The translations under genes were made by a program, and so were the position numbers. 64,000 bases of DNA from Euglena gracilis (taxonomy: Eukaryota), in NCBI GenBank assembly GCA_039621445.1, contig CP154954.1:47533847-47597846 (forward strand), read 5' to 3'. Below, in pieces: positions 23,474-36,288 of the stretch. Each line of letters begins with the position of its first letter. Position 1 is the stretch's first letter. The notes under the pieces were generated by a model, which made no database searches, was not told the origin of the DNA, and was given only the letters and a program-made list of their open reading frames with translations.

Positions 23474-26400
23474 TTGACTTCAATGAACAATGCAGTTGAG
23501 AAGAAATTGGAATTTCACGGCCGCGGACGTCCTGGAGCAGATGCCGCAGCAGCTGGAGAACTTGGAGATGCGGTCATCACGTGGCAAACCGTGGCCGTTC
23601 TTCCCACCCAGCCCCCCACCCCAGAAATTTCCCAGCCCAAAACCCCCCCCAGTGACGGCCACGGTCCTTGGACCACAGTGGCCAGAAGGCCCAGAAGACA
23701 GAAGCCAGCACCAGCCCTTTCTGGGCAAAGAATGGGCCATGGGGGCCCAAAATGCTTCAAATGCAAAATGCTTGGCCAATCAAAGCCCACACATCAGGGG
23801 CATCTCCCCCAAAGGCGCCCAGCAGCCTGGGCACAAATTGGCCAGAAGATGGGGAGATGGAATCAAGGCCAAGGAGGTCAACACCACAGGGGCCATGGGG
23901 GCCAGTTTTTCAAGCAAATCCCCTCAGGAAGGGGCAGAAAAGGTCTGTCCAACCCCCCCAATTCATCTATCACAACAGCCCCTCTCAAGGGGACAAGGGG
24001 GGGCCACAGCAGCCCCCCCAGATTTCCAATGGGGTTGGAGGCCAAGAAGAAATCAAGGCCTGGAAGACCACAAGATGGATTATGGAAAAAAATTTATACA
24101 TGGAAACCTTGGAGACCAGCAGGGTGGACCCACAGTGGCCACCAAGAAGCTAAAGCACCAGCAGGGTGGACCCACAGTGGCCACCAAGAAGCTAAGGCAG
24201 CTGCTGGAGAAATCCCCCGAGGGACCCACAGAGGCCCTCTGCCAAAAATGGGGGAAAAAGGGACCCACAGTGGCCCTTTCATTGACCCAGCCCCAGGAGG
24301 AAAAGGGACCCACAGTGGCCCTTATGGAGGGAGGGGCAGGAACCCCTCCAACAATTATTCCTCAATCCCCAATGATTCAATCAAGGGGGGGACCCACAGA
24401 GGCCCCCCTATGGTATGTGAACCAACCACATCAACCTGGAGAAGACCAGATAGGCAAAACAGGGGCATTAAGCCCTATGGTATGTCTTCCAACAACAAGA
24501 TCATCCAGAGAGTTGAGCAGAGAGGGAGAGAGTGCATGCACATCCCCCCAGAAAAAATTTCTTTTTCCAAGGGCCCAAGCCCTAGGGGACCTAGGGGTGC
24601 AATGTCCAACACCCCCAACCCAGCCCCCCCAGAATCATCTTATCCAGAAAATAAATTCAATGGGGGAAAGAGGGGGAGACACCCCCCTCCATCAAAGGTT
24701 GCAAAAAAGCCTAAAATGTCCAACACCCCCAGCCCAGCCCCCCCAAAATCATCTGATCCAAGAAATAAATTCCATGGAGGAGAAATGGGGAGACACCCCC
24801 CTCCATCAAAGGCTGCAAAACAGCCTAAAATGGTGGACAAAAAATGCCCCCCCAACAACATGTCAACTCATCAGGGATGGCATTCAACCCCCCTGGGTCA
24901 GCCCACCAAAATTGTCCACCCACCCAAAACCCAGAGCCAACCTGGACCTGAACCAGGCAGAAAAAATACTGTTGGATTACGAAAAAACTGGGTCAATAAA
25001 CGAGTTTGGGATTCAGAAACCCAGCATTTAATCCCATGGTTTCTAATTTCGAAACCAGAAGGGGAAACAACCAAATGGAGAATGATCAGCGACTGCAGAG
25101 AATTAAATCAGCAGTTTCAAGTGAAACCTTTCAAGCTGGATCACATCCAGCACATTTTTCCAGTTTTGGAAAAGGGCCACTGGGCAGCCAAAATAGACCT
25201 GAAAGATGCCTATTTTCATATTCCAGTAAGTCCAGGCCTAAGGCCATTTTTAAGGCATCAGGTGGGGGGGCAGACCTGGGAATTCCAGGCAGGCTGTTTT
25301 GGCCTGAATGTAATGCCCCAAATTTTCATGTCAGTCATGAAAACATTCGAAAAGCTGTGGAGGAAAAGGGGCATCCAGGTATTTATTTACCTGGACGACA
25401 TTTTGCTGGTGGCCCCAACACAAATCATCTTACAAAATCACCTGAACACAGTGGTCAGGGATTTAATCAAATCTGGGTTCAAAATCAATGTAAAAAAGTC
25501 CACCCTGCAGCCCACCCAAATCGTAAATCATCTTGGATTTCAACTAAACTTTCCAAGAGGGAAAATTACAGGTGCCCCCCCAGAAAATAAAAACAGTAAA
25601 AAAGGAGCTGGGAAAAATGGTGAAAAAAGATTACATGTCAAAAAGGCAATTGGCTGCCATTTTGGGCCAAATCAGATGCAATCTCATGGCCCTGCCCTTT
25701 CTAAGGGCCTTTACGGATGCCCTGGCAAATTTTTTAGTGGAAAATTCCACAGCCCCCTGGGACTCAAAACACCCCATCTCCCAAAGAATAAAGGACCAAT
25801 TAAGAGAAATAAAAAACCTGCTGGACACCTGGGGGGGCAGACCCTTCCCCCAAGGTGCAACCAGAGAGTTGCACTCAGACAGCAGCACCCATGCCTGGGG
25901 GGGGCTGGACATTCGAACAGGAAAAACTGTGCAAGAATTTTGGAGGGAAAACTCCATTCTGCACATAAATGTCAAAGAATTAAGTGCAGCAATAAGCACA
26001 GTTCAAAGCCTAAGCAAACCAGGAGAAACTGTGTCCCTATCCGTGGACAATCAAGTAATTTACTATTACTTAACAAAAGGGGGGGGCAGAAAAGACCCCT
26101 TCAATTCCATGCTAAGACCCTTCTTCAAATGGTGCATGGAACACAACATAAACCTGCAAGTAAAGTGGGTCCCCTCAAAAGAATGCCTGGCAGACCCCAT
26201 AAGCAGGTGGGAAATGGACAGGGGGGATTATTCCCTAGACCCCCAACTTTTTCAATGGCTGAGGCAGCAGTTCAAAAATTACATAAGCCTGAAAACAGAC
26301 CTTTTTGCCTCACCAGGCAACAAAAAACTGCCACAATTTGTGGCCAGGTGGCCCCACTGGGAAGCCACAGCAGTGGATGCATTGCAATGTCCACTGGACA

Positions 26401-27848
26401 ACATGGGGGGCCTTTATGCAAATCCCCCCTGGTCTTTAATTCAAAAATTTCTCCCCAGATTAAGAAGGTTTCCACAAGCCAAAGTTTTGATGGTCACCCC
26501 CTACTGGGATTCAGCCACATGGTGGCCCCAGTTAATAAAAATGAAAGTACCAGGGTCCCCCTGCCTGAAAATCACCCCTTACAAGGGTATGTTCACCAAT
26601 TGCAGGGGGGAAGAAATGCCACCCCCCAGGTGGCCCCTACTTTGCATGGTTTGCTCAGGCAAATTCTGGAGGGGAAACAAATACAAAATACATCCATTAG
26701 CGATTTCCTGGGAAGAAACCCCAGCTTAAAGCGTTATCAAAGCGCTTTTACGCTTTTATGGGTGATTTTGGACAAAATGGGGGTACCCCCCCCTGAAGCC
26801 ACCACTGACCAAGTGGTTGACGCTTTAATTCAACTGTTTCAATTTTCAAAGGCCCAAGCACGCAATGCATACAGTGCTATGCTATTAATCCCTGGCTTTG
26901 GGGGCCTGAGGTTCCATACCATGTTAGCACCTTATAAAAGGCTTTGGAACCAAAACCTGGAGAAATATGGTGCATTCTGGGATCCCCTCCCAATCCTCCT
27001 GGGGCTGGCACAGTCCCCCCTGCCCTCTGATATTTGTACATTGCGTACACAACTCATTTTCTGTTCACGCATCCTCTGTTTATACAGAAGTTCAGATTTG
27101 GCACAGGTCCAAAGAACCACCAGTGTGTTGGGGGGGGCACCCTACATCAAAATTAAACGTAAAGGGCAAAAGCTCCATAAGTGGGAGAGAGTTGTCTCCA
27201 TTCCCCAGTGCCCCCAAATCAGCCCCTTTCATTTAATGATGGCTTATGTGGCAGCAACACGTTTCTTTATGAAACCTGGGGGCCCCCTGTTAATTACGTT
27301 AAAACCCCCCTACAAAGCCATTAAGGCAGATACCATTGCTTCTATCACCAAAGAATTTTTGACCAAACAGGGGGTACCCCCCAGGTTTGGGGACCCCACT
27401 CCACCAGAGGGGCAGGGGTTGGTTTACTCAAAAAATTGGGCCTTTCTGCCCAAGAAGTTTGTGAAATTGGTCAATGGAAGGGGGTGGAGGCTTTCACAGC
27501 CCACTACTTGGTGCCCAAGGTTCTTTGGAGAATGCCCTGGCCCCCCTTTTTTCAGTGCACAATCTGGCCTCACAATGGCAAAGTGCGGAGCCCGAGGTGT
27601 CTCGTACTCCCTCGAGGCAGACCGAGAAGGGAGGAAGGGACACCGAGGGCGAAGCACAAAGACATTGTGAGCCCGACCCCCCCACCCACATACGAAAATT
27701 TGTCTTCAAACGCCCTCGGTCAGAAGATGGGGGCCAGGGGGGGGCAGAGGGGGGGGGACCCCCCCAGGGGAAAAGACAGCGCCATGGTCGCCACGTCGGA
27801 GACAATGCAGCCAACTTCGGCGAGGCGGCACTAAGCGGGACCTCCTAA
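23474..27848 (+). CDS. DIRS D overlapping frame: gag-like N-terminus to C-terminal tyrosine recombinase
   Basis: DGHGPWTTVARR and CFKC..H near the start. YR motifs LYRSSD, HSTRGAG and AHY from ~26640. Further indels near 27380 and 27506. The frame continues through the ICR to a stop at 27848. Confidence 0.75.
23490..26729 (+). CDS. DIRS D pol frame: N-terminal extension, RT, RNase H, N6-adenine methylase (two compensating 1-nt indels)
   Basis: ORF 23490-25031, the RT portion of 23474-27670 and ORF 25572-26729 join after adding an A near 24998 and removing a T near 25552 (copy C has the uninterrupted versions). Motifs YLDD, HSDSS, HINVKEL, DLFAS, NPPW. Confidence 0.85.
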
Positions 27849-28117
27849 CCCAGCGCAGCGAACAATCACACAGCAAACCGCCGGCGAGCAAGGCATGGCC
27901 TCACAATGTCTTTGTGCTTCGCCCTCGGTGTCCCTTCCTCCCTTCTCGGTCTGCCTCGAGGGAGTACGAAAAGAGCCTCCCCGTTGTTTAAAACTTGCGG
28001 TCTTGAAGAAAAAAACAGGGGTACCCCTTGAAGGCAACCAAAGCTGCCGCAGCTCCCCCCCAGGTCCCCATTCGCGAGGCCGGGACAGTGCTCCCAGTGG
28101 TTTGGTTTTGGTATGCC

Positions 28118-28188
28118 CTCGCACTCCCTCGAGGCAAAATGCCAAGGGAGGAAGGGACACCGAGGGCGAAGCACAACGACCTTTTGAG
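28118..28188 (-). mobile_element. Isolated family-2 DIRS right-end (or ICR) remnant
   Basis: ctcgcactccctcgagg...gggacaccgagggcgaagcacaa matches the right extension of elements B, C and D. Confidence 0.75.
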
Positions 28189-30577
28189 AAGGGTTTTCCA
28201 GGGGGGGAATCTAAACAATAAAATACCGAAACAACAGTTCACCTAAACAGTTTGGCCCCCCACGTCCAAAAGTGCCGTTTTGGGCACTTTTTGAGGCAAA
28301 AATTTGTCAAAAATGCAAAAAAGGAGGAAGGAAAGTTTTGATTTTTGGGGGGTCCTGGTACCCTTGGGAGGTGGGGGGGTCCGGTCCACGGGGGGTGCCC
28401 CCACCAAAACCCGCACGCCCTCCTTACATCGAGCCCTGAGACCGAAGCCTCGTCTTCCTTCGGTCTCGGTCAAGGTGGACGTGCTTCGCTGTCGGTGTCC
28501 CCATCAACCCTTCAATGCGAGGTCATAATTTCCACAAAATAATTTCCGGTGGGCCAAAAAAAAAACCCAGGGTGACAGCGACGGGCAGGTGCGAGAACTT
28601 TGTCAAATTGGCTGACTTTGCGTTCGGCTTGGTTCTTGCGTTCGAACCGCAACGAAACCAGAAATGTTTCCACCAATATGAACAAGGAACTGCATGACTG
28701 CACGGTGAGCAGGATATCTCCAACACAGGCAGGCAGGCCTGATATGGGCGAGTACAGGTTTGGATGCAAGCCGAGCTGACCCGGTGGCTGGAGGACATAC
28801 TTGAATGACCCACTGACCTTTCTGATAATTGCCATTTGCCCAACTGAAGATAAGGCACAAAGCCACCATGCTGATGTTGCCATTCCACCGCCAGGATGCA
28901 TTTAAAAAAGGCAAACACAGACAAATTTCCTTCTTTGGAAGGCGGCTGCCCTGCCGTTTGATGTGGGTGACCGCGACAAAAAAAAGCACATGATTTTCAC
29001 TATCCAAAGAGCAAATGAGGCTTCCACCGCCCCTCAGGTCCTGCAGACCGCACACTTTTGCTTGGGGGCATGTTTGTCACCAGTTGCCCCAGTAGTGGTC
29101 AGCAAAAAAACAAATAGTTTGCGTGGTCTGCAGTGAGGGCTTTTCAAAAAGGTTTGTGAACAACGTGGGGCAACTTTTGACACTCTGGACGACTGGCTCG
29201 TGACGTTTTTTAAATCAAAAAAAATTGGGCTAGTGTGGGGGGGGCAGGGTGGCGAATTGGTGCAAATGGCAGAAACTGGGACGGGGGACATTCACAAAAA
29301 CCTGAAACATAAAAGCAAGAGGCATGGGTCCGGGGTCTGCAGAGGATGATGGAAGACGGGAACAAATACAGCAAGTCCTGGCGTCGAACCCTGGGAAAAA
29401 AAATAGCAAGCAATATAAAGCAAGCAACACAAAAGTGCGGCTGCGTTGATCCACAGCAGAGTTCCGACTTCAAAGAACATGAAATCAACGTTCCTTTGAT
29501 GCATGTCCAGTCATCTCAATTTTCGACCCCCATTTTTTTTTTGCTTTGGCTGGCCGAAGGAATGACCAATCCCTGACCAAGTCTGGTTTGGTGGTCAACC
29601 CTTTGGGAGTGGGGCGTTCAATTCATGTAGCACCCCCCCCCCAATAAAGCAACCCCTTTTTGCATGCAACCCCCAATTATAAACAACCCAATGATGAGCA
29701 ACCCTCAGAGCCAATTTTCGGAAACCCAAATACACGCCATCGGTTGCTTGCTTTTGGGGGGTTACATTTCCAGAAGCAAAAAGCAAATACTTATCCTGGT
29801 TTGCTGGTTTGGTTTTGAGCCATGCGTGGGATGGGAGAGTTAATGAGGTCAAACCACCAGCCATTTTTTTTTTTTATTGGTTGTGGAAAATTCTGGTTGG
29901 TGGTAAATTTTTTGGGGAGGGCTCAATCTTTCCATAGTTTGATAAAGGAAAAAAAAACACTGAGAGGCGAAATGCAAAGACCTTATTTGGTAATCATCTG
30001 TCCCGCCCTGCTTGTTCTAGTCAGTAAATTTGACTGTGCAATTAGGCAGACAAACAGGGGGGGGGGTGTCTTTCTACCCAAGGCCTCAAGAGAGAGCGTT
30101 CGTGGAGGCAGGCACCTTGGAGAACAAAAATTGGATTGGATTGAGTTGGATTGGATTATGACGGCTTCGTCTGAACGAGCAATGCTTTTGCTTTGAAAAA
30201 GAGTTACTGTTTTTGAAATCTGGGAAATACTTTGCAGATTTCATTCCATCACCTGCAGAATAAGAATCTTAATACGCCGACCTCATTCTAGCGTCCTGCT
30301 GGGAAAGAAACCGCCGGCTGCTAAATGAGGAGGACCCTTTCAGAAAAAAAAACCCAGTACAAGGCGGTGGAAAAAAATTGGAGATCCAAAAAATCCCAAA
30401 ATTAGAAAAAAAATGGAGATCCAAAAACGCCCCAAAGTCGTGTTTTCGAGCATTATTATTTTTTTAAAAAAATAGGGGTGCGGAAACCGGACCCCCAATT
30501 GGGGCCCTTGGGGATGGTCCAACCTCCTGTGCAAAAACAAAGCTCACTTAAAACCTGGTCCCGATTTCGGAAATCTG

Positions 30578-31571
30578 CTAGCCGGCGACAGCAGCCACGG
30601 GTGCGGGTGCAGGTGCAGGTGCGGAGCGGCGCAAAGGTCACCGCGGTCACGCCCTGGAGGTCGGGGCTGGCGGCATGGCGTGGCCGCCCCTCTTCCCCTG
30701 CCCTCGAGGCGCGTGCAACGCGGGGTTTCCGTTCAAAGCTTTTTTCCACAGTCCCTCTCTTGGCACCCAAAAGAACCTTGCCGTTGGGGTTTTCCTTTTG
30801 AACTTGAACTCAGGCCGCTCAGGCGCGAGGGGGCTCATTTGAAGGGCCTTCGTTGGGGAATTCACCGCAGGCTGCGGACACCCCCGACGAGTTGGCCCCT
30901 CCCTCCCCTGAACCCTGAACCCCCCTCATCACAGGGAAATTGTCACATAACAGGTCCGGGAACCCTGGCAGTTCCCAGGAGGGACAGACGGCAGTTCCCT
31001 TGGGGGGGGAGTGAAACATCACAGCCAGGGCAAAGAGCCAGGGCCATGGGGGCGTCCGGACCACGGTCCAGGGGGCGGGGGCGGGGAGGAACCAAAGCTG
31101 CCGGATGTCGTGGATGCTGCGGTGGGGGGGGGCAGGGGAGCTGCAGGGGCAGGTGTGGGCTGCTGCGGGCAAGGTTGGCAGGGGTGTATGGGCCGTGGGG
31201 CCGCGGTTGACGGCGCGAAAAGCGCACACGTTTCCGGGAGCAGGTTCCGGCAGCGTAGCTCGGGCCACGAGAGAGGTCATTTCATCGTGCCCATCCAATC
31301 GCATGGTTTGGCCTCCACAACCGGTCGGTCACTGCGGAACGTTTCTGGCTCTTTCGGCATTCTGTCCTTGACAACACCAGCATTCCAGACACAGTCCATG
31401 CTGCATTCCTATGCCACGTGCGACGGTGACTGGGGAGCTGGACCAGGGGGGAGCAACATGCATACACATACTCGACACATACTCGAACGCGGCGCACAGG
31501 GCGATGGTCTCCTCGATGCCCAGGCGGCCCCCGGGGCGCCAGTTCAGGATCGGCCCCGAGCCGATCGCCGT
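30578..31571 (-). CDS. Probable 3' exon(s) of the large minus-strand gene, structure unresolved
   Basis: GC-rich coding-like blocks (TAIGSGPILNWRPGGRLGIEETIALCAAFEY... and ...APAPAPVAAVAG*) after a CAG acceptor at 31572-31574. The frame is not continuous. Confidence 0.35.
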
Positions 31572-31801
31572 CTGCCCCCAACAACCCCGACCTGGCGCAG
31601 GGGACTTAGCGGCCCCAGCCACTGGTTGCATTCCCCAACCGCAACTTTTTGGAGATGGGACTCCTTCGCAATTTCCCCCATGGGCCCCCGTGCATGTGTC
31701 TTGTCTTACGTGAAATCCAATAGTCCAAATAGAAGCGCACCCCCTGCCGCCGGGGGCGGCGGTCCTCTATAAGCGCACCCGTACTTCTATTAGGGGGGGG
31801 G

Positions 31802-31990
<189 letters not shown>

Positions 31991-33227
31991 TGACTCACAC
32001 TCAAGGGGGGATGAGGTTTCACTCATTGCCAAAAAAAAGCCCAGGCCCAAAGGTGCGGAGGGGGTCAGTGCAGTCAACATGGAGCATATAAAAAAAAAAA
32101 CACAAGCAAAAAAAAACTTGATTTTGTTTTGCATTTTCGGTGGTGCGGGAGGAACAAAAATGTGATAACGTGTTTTCTTCAATTTTGGAACGTGATGATT
32201 TTGAAATCTGCTTTTTTGGCAAAAACTCCATAATAACAAAGAAAATTAAAAAAAACTTGGTTTCAGGAGAAAACAACATCCAAAATTCGGATTTTCAGAG
32301 TCGAAAATGCTTCCCAACTGAATTAAAAAAACACACACCGAAAAACACACACAAAACACAAAGAAGCTCAAAAATAAAAATTTTGCAAAAAAAACCAGCA
32401 GCAAAACAACACGACAAAAACAACAACAATCGCAAAACGTGAAAATACAAAAATGTTTGTGGCCATTCCCCTGGCTAACCCCCATAAAAGATTAATTGCT
32501 GGAAACGTCCAAAGGAACCTTATTTAGAGAGGGTGTTATTTCTAGATTTTGGGTTTTGCCTTGACAGACTTGTCACAAAAATCATCATCAAAACCAAAAT
32601 CATTTTCGAGTTCCCAAAAAAAAAACACGAAGATCTTCCTTCGACTTGTCAAAGAAAATTGATTTTGAGAACAGAAGACCTAGCTGGGCGGCCCATTTTG
32701 TAACCGGTTTTCTGCTTTGGTGTCCTCTGAGCTCGCACCTTTTGTACACAAAAGAATATGGAAGTTGCTTGAAGTGATTGAATTTGGCCCGGGTTTGTGT
32801 GGTTTTTAAAGCAGAAGGTTGATGAAAAGGGAGATAAAACTCAAGGAAGGACAATTCTGTTTCTGAGGGTTGAAAAAAGCGGCTTTGTGTGTGGCCCCCT
32901 GCGAGTAAAATTGCAGGGTGGGGACTTGGATGCAGGAAGCAGAGAAAACCAAACAAAGTCAGCATGCAACATAGTTTTTGAACCATGAAGCGAATGAAGA
33001 ATGGGTCGTTTCAATGGAGGGGGAATCACTCACAAAATAAATGCAAATCAAACTTCGATGGGTATGGGTGTGTTTGAAAAAACTGTGTGCAGTCACGTTG
33101 CAGGGGAATGCTGTTTGGGACTTCAACACACACACAGACACATATTCATAAGTTTCAGTGGGCTGGCATTTTTCGGTTGCAAAATCAGGGAAGCCCCTCT
33201 CCCCAAAGGTCAGGGGGGCGTGGACAA

Positions 33228-33362
33228 GCTTCTGCGGCCTCCGGCGGGAGAGGCTCGGCCGGGTCCCAGCGGGCCATGCGGGCCAGGGCAGCCAGGGCGG
33301 AGAACTGCGGCGCCGTCAGCTCCCCCGAGGGGACGTTCTCTGCAGCGAGGGCCCGGCCGAAA
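33228..33362 (-). CDS. Exon of minus-strand gene (FGRALAAENVPSGELTAPQFSALAALARMARWDPAEPLPPEAAEA)
   Basis: GC3-rich. CAG acceptor in phase 2, compatible with the donor at 34162. 3' boundary uncertain. Confidence 0.6.
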
Positions 33363-33435
33363 CTGACCAACCCCGGGGGGGGGCAGGGGGTCTCGGAGCG
33401 CCGTGGAAGCCCCGGGCACGCAGGAAGGCACAAAA

Positions 33436-33675
33436 CCCCCCCCCCCCCCCCCCCAACAGAAGCGCGGGGCCGCTACAAGCGCAGGGTCCAAATAAAAGGG
33501 CACCCCCCGCCGTCGAAGGCGGCGGTCCACTGCAAGCACAACCCCCATTTTGATGGGATTTTTTAAAGCAAGTTAACAAAAATCGGGCGGGAAGGGTCCA
33601 AATAGAACCGCACCCCCCGCCGCCAGAGGTGGCAGTCCGCTGTAAATGCACCCGCGCTTTTATTAGGGGGGGTTT
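33436..33675. mobile_element. MITE-like element with poly-C/poly-G inverted ends
   Basis: Ends cccccaacagaagcgcggg and cccgcgcttttattagggggg. The internal unit recurs at 31725-31803. Confidence 0.6.
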
Positions 33676-34162
33676 ACCCCCAGCCCGGGGGGGGGGGGGG
33701 TTGTGCCTGCCTGGTCATGGATCTAAACGTGCCCAGAGTGGCCTCTTCTGGGCTTGCGGCGCCAGAAGCAAAACCAACTTCCTTGAGGACAAATTGGAAA
33801 ATATACACTTGAAAAAAGAGAAATTTGTCTCAACCGCCCCCAGAAAAAAGAAAAATCTTGGGGAAAATGCAAAAAACCCACAAACACTCTAGAAAACTGC
33901 AAATGAATCCTGGAACACACATGCACACACAAAATGCAGATGTGTTTCCTATGTAGACCCCAATTCCACTCCAAAGGCTTCATATGGCCAAGTATTCCCC
34001 CGGAGATGTTCAACTCAACACTTGAAAGGCAACATTGTGCAAATTGCACAAACAAAGAAACAACAGATCCATTCTTTCTATCCCAAGCGTGTGCGCACAC
34101 ACACACACACGCGCGCGCGCACGCACACACACACACAGCAGTCGCAGAGATAGGGAGTCCAC

Positions 34163-34277
34163 CAGCGATGGAGAAGTGGTGCTGCAGCGCCGTCAAGGGC
34201 CTTCCCAGCAGGGGCGGCGAAGAAGTTGGGGGCAGTGAGGTAGCGCCTTCCACCGGGGGATCGAACCATCCCTTCCC
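34163..34277 (-). CDS. Exon of minus-strand gene (EGMVRSPGGRRYLTAPNFFAAPAGKALDGAAAPLLHR)
   Basis: CAG acceptor and GT donor. The donor phase matches the next exon. Confidence 0.55.
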
Positions 34278-34839
34278 CTGTGGCACAGCAGGCCAAGGCG
34301 TCAGGCACGCAAAACGGCCAGTGCAGAGGGGGGGGGTTGTCCCATAATAACAATATTTCTCCCCAGGGACTGGTATGGGGACTTGTCCCTGAGACTACTC
34401 CCAAGGACTTGGGGGAAACGTCGGCAATTCAGGAATTTTCTTAAAAGTTGGGGGGTCGGTAGAAAAAATGCTTTCTGGGACCCCCCCCCCCCCTGGGGGT
34501 GGGTCCGGGGGTGAGTTCCAGCTCTAACCACGCAAATCAGTAGTATTCTCTCAAACAGCCTTTCCTTCAGACCCAGGGATGAACGGTTACACTTCCACAA
34601 GCCAGATCTGAAAAAAGCCAGATCTGTCCCTGCTGTGAGACAGCACCCCAGCCAGGAAGAGCTCGATATAAAACTGGTGCCTCTGGTCAAGGAGGGGGGG
34701 ATTGCCGCCCAAACCATTGCACAGTGGGCCAAATTGACCAAATTTCAGCCCAACCGAAAATTTGAAATCAGCCAAGAATGCGATTTCGGGCACTTTTCTT
34801 TGGTGAATTTTTGGCCAAAGTGCTGAAATTCTCTGGCGT

Positions 34840-35074
34840 GAAATGCTGGAGGGACTTTGGGGTTCCAGAGGGCCGGGGGACACGCCTGCAGGGGTGGGCC
34901 GGCACTGGGGGGCTGCGGGGCCGGGGGAGGGGGCAACGCTGTCGGGAGGACCAGGCCCCTTCCCCGCAGTGGGGGGTCGGGTCCCACCGACCACTGCTCC
35001 AGCCCAGTTGTGACTCACTCACCGATCACCGCCAAAGAACCCGGGACGGCCGTGGTCCTCGTTGTGTCCTCCAA
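34840..35074 (-). CDS. Two candidate exons (35023-35074 and ~34840-34993) split by a 29-nt GT-AG intron
   Basis: GTGAGT donor at 35022 and CAG at 34994-34996. Splicing gives a Pro-rich in-frame product. Confidence 0.4.
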
Positions 35075-36085
35075 CTGAACCGTTGCATGCATCAGCCGGC
35101 AGGCCATGGTTCCCATTGCATTTTCATTTTTGAGAACCGGTGCACAAAAAAGGGGTGCTTGGATTTAGGGTGAGAGTCAGGGTTTACTCTCCAATGAGAC
35201 ATTTGGTCTCCTGCAATATATGCAATTGGGCAACGGCCAACTAACTAATGCTGACACTGGTTCTGTGAGAGATAATGATAGAAAACAGAGAGCTGATAAA
35301 CACATTTATTGGTTCCTCAAATGGAACATCAAGCCCTGATGACGTGAAAACGTTAAAGACGGTAATTGAGCACTTGGTATATTTTACAGGAAGGGGACAA
35401 AGCATTTGCAAGGCATAAACCACCCACCCTCCCTCTGCACCCTCCCAGATTCCACCGCAAGCTGCACAAAGGTCACGGATGCTTTCTTGCCGGGCAGGTC
35501 AGGCTTCTTTTTACCAACCCCTGTGGGAGGAGGGGCAGGGTTTGATACAAGTCCAGGTGGTGGGTTGGACCCCTCCCCCCGTCTAGGAGGAGTGGGGGGC
35601 CATCCCCCCACCAAAACAGTGGCATGGTAAAAGTGACTGATTTTCGGTTCAGTGCGAAGCGCCGAGAAACAATTGACTTCCAAAACGGCAGTCAGTGCCT
35701 TTGGGAAAAAATTTATCGAAAATGCAAAAAAAATTCGACGCAATTGCCGGAAGGAAAACTTTGACCATTTTGGGGTTGGTACCAGGTACCCCCATGGGGT
35801 TGGTCTGGATCCCCCTGGCAGATGGGTGGGGGGGTGGGCCGAATCCCCTGGTCCAGGGAGGAGCAGTGGAGGGGGGGAGCCACCCCCCCCACCTAAATCG
35901 TGTACACACTCCTTATGTCGAATGGGGTGCCTGCCCAGCAGGCACCCCATCCCCCGAGAGGGGTTCACAGGCATATTTCCCTTAAAAATGGCCATTTTCA
36001 GACCCCTGGGTCTATGGCAGCGGGGGTTTGGCATGACACCCACCCAAACCCTTGCCATCCCGGAAGCGAACCCCCTTGTCTGCTC

Positions 36086-36288
36086 ATAGCAGTCTCTCCC
36101 ACAAGGAGGTGTGACGTTCCCGAAGAAAAAAGCATTCCAACGGCAGGCCCGTCTCTTCCCCGACCCCAGCCACGAGCCGCGCCGGCCCTCCATGGTGTGC
36201 CCTGGCAGAGGCCTGGGCGGTGGAGGGGCCGAGGCTGGCGGCCGACCAAGACAGGGCGGCGGGGGAGGCGGCGAGGGGATTTCTCGCA
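36086..36288 (-). CDS. Candidate Pro-rich exon of minus-strand gene
   Basis: ccttcag acceptor, GC-rich open frame (REIPSPPPPPPCLGRPP...GRDCY), possible nonconventional donor t|gagCAG. Confidence 0.45.

Larger units (their letters stand above)
23198..27970 (+). mobile_element. DIRS1-type retrotransposon D (family 2), full length, best preserved
   Basis: ITRs at 23222-23324 and 27808-27908, ICR at 27566-27671. All domains present with only a few small indels. Confidence 0.96.

Noticed and set aside
26290-26540. N6-adenine methylase (DLFAS/NPPW) as a novel retroelement cargo or restriction-modification gene
   Set aside because: This domain is an established component of DIRS1-type pol ORFs.
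23474-27670. 1398-aa ORF as a genuine RT-recombinase fusion protein
   Set aside because: It switches between two real frames at compensating 1-nt indels (~24998, ~25552). Copy C shows the uninterrupted pol sequence at both sites.
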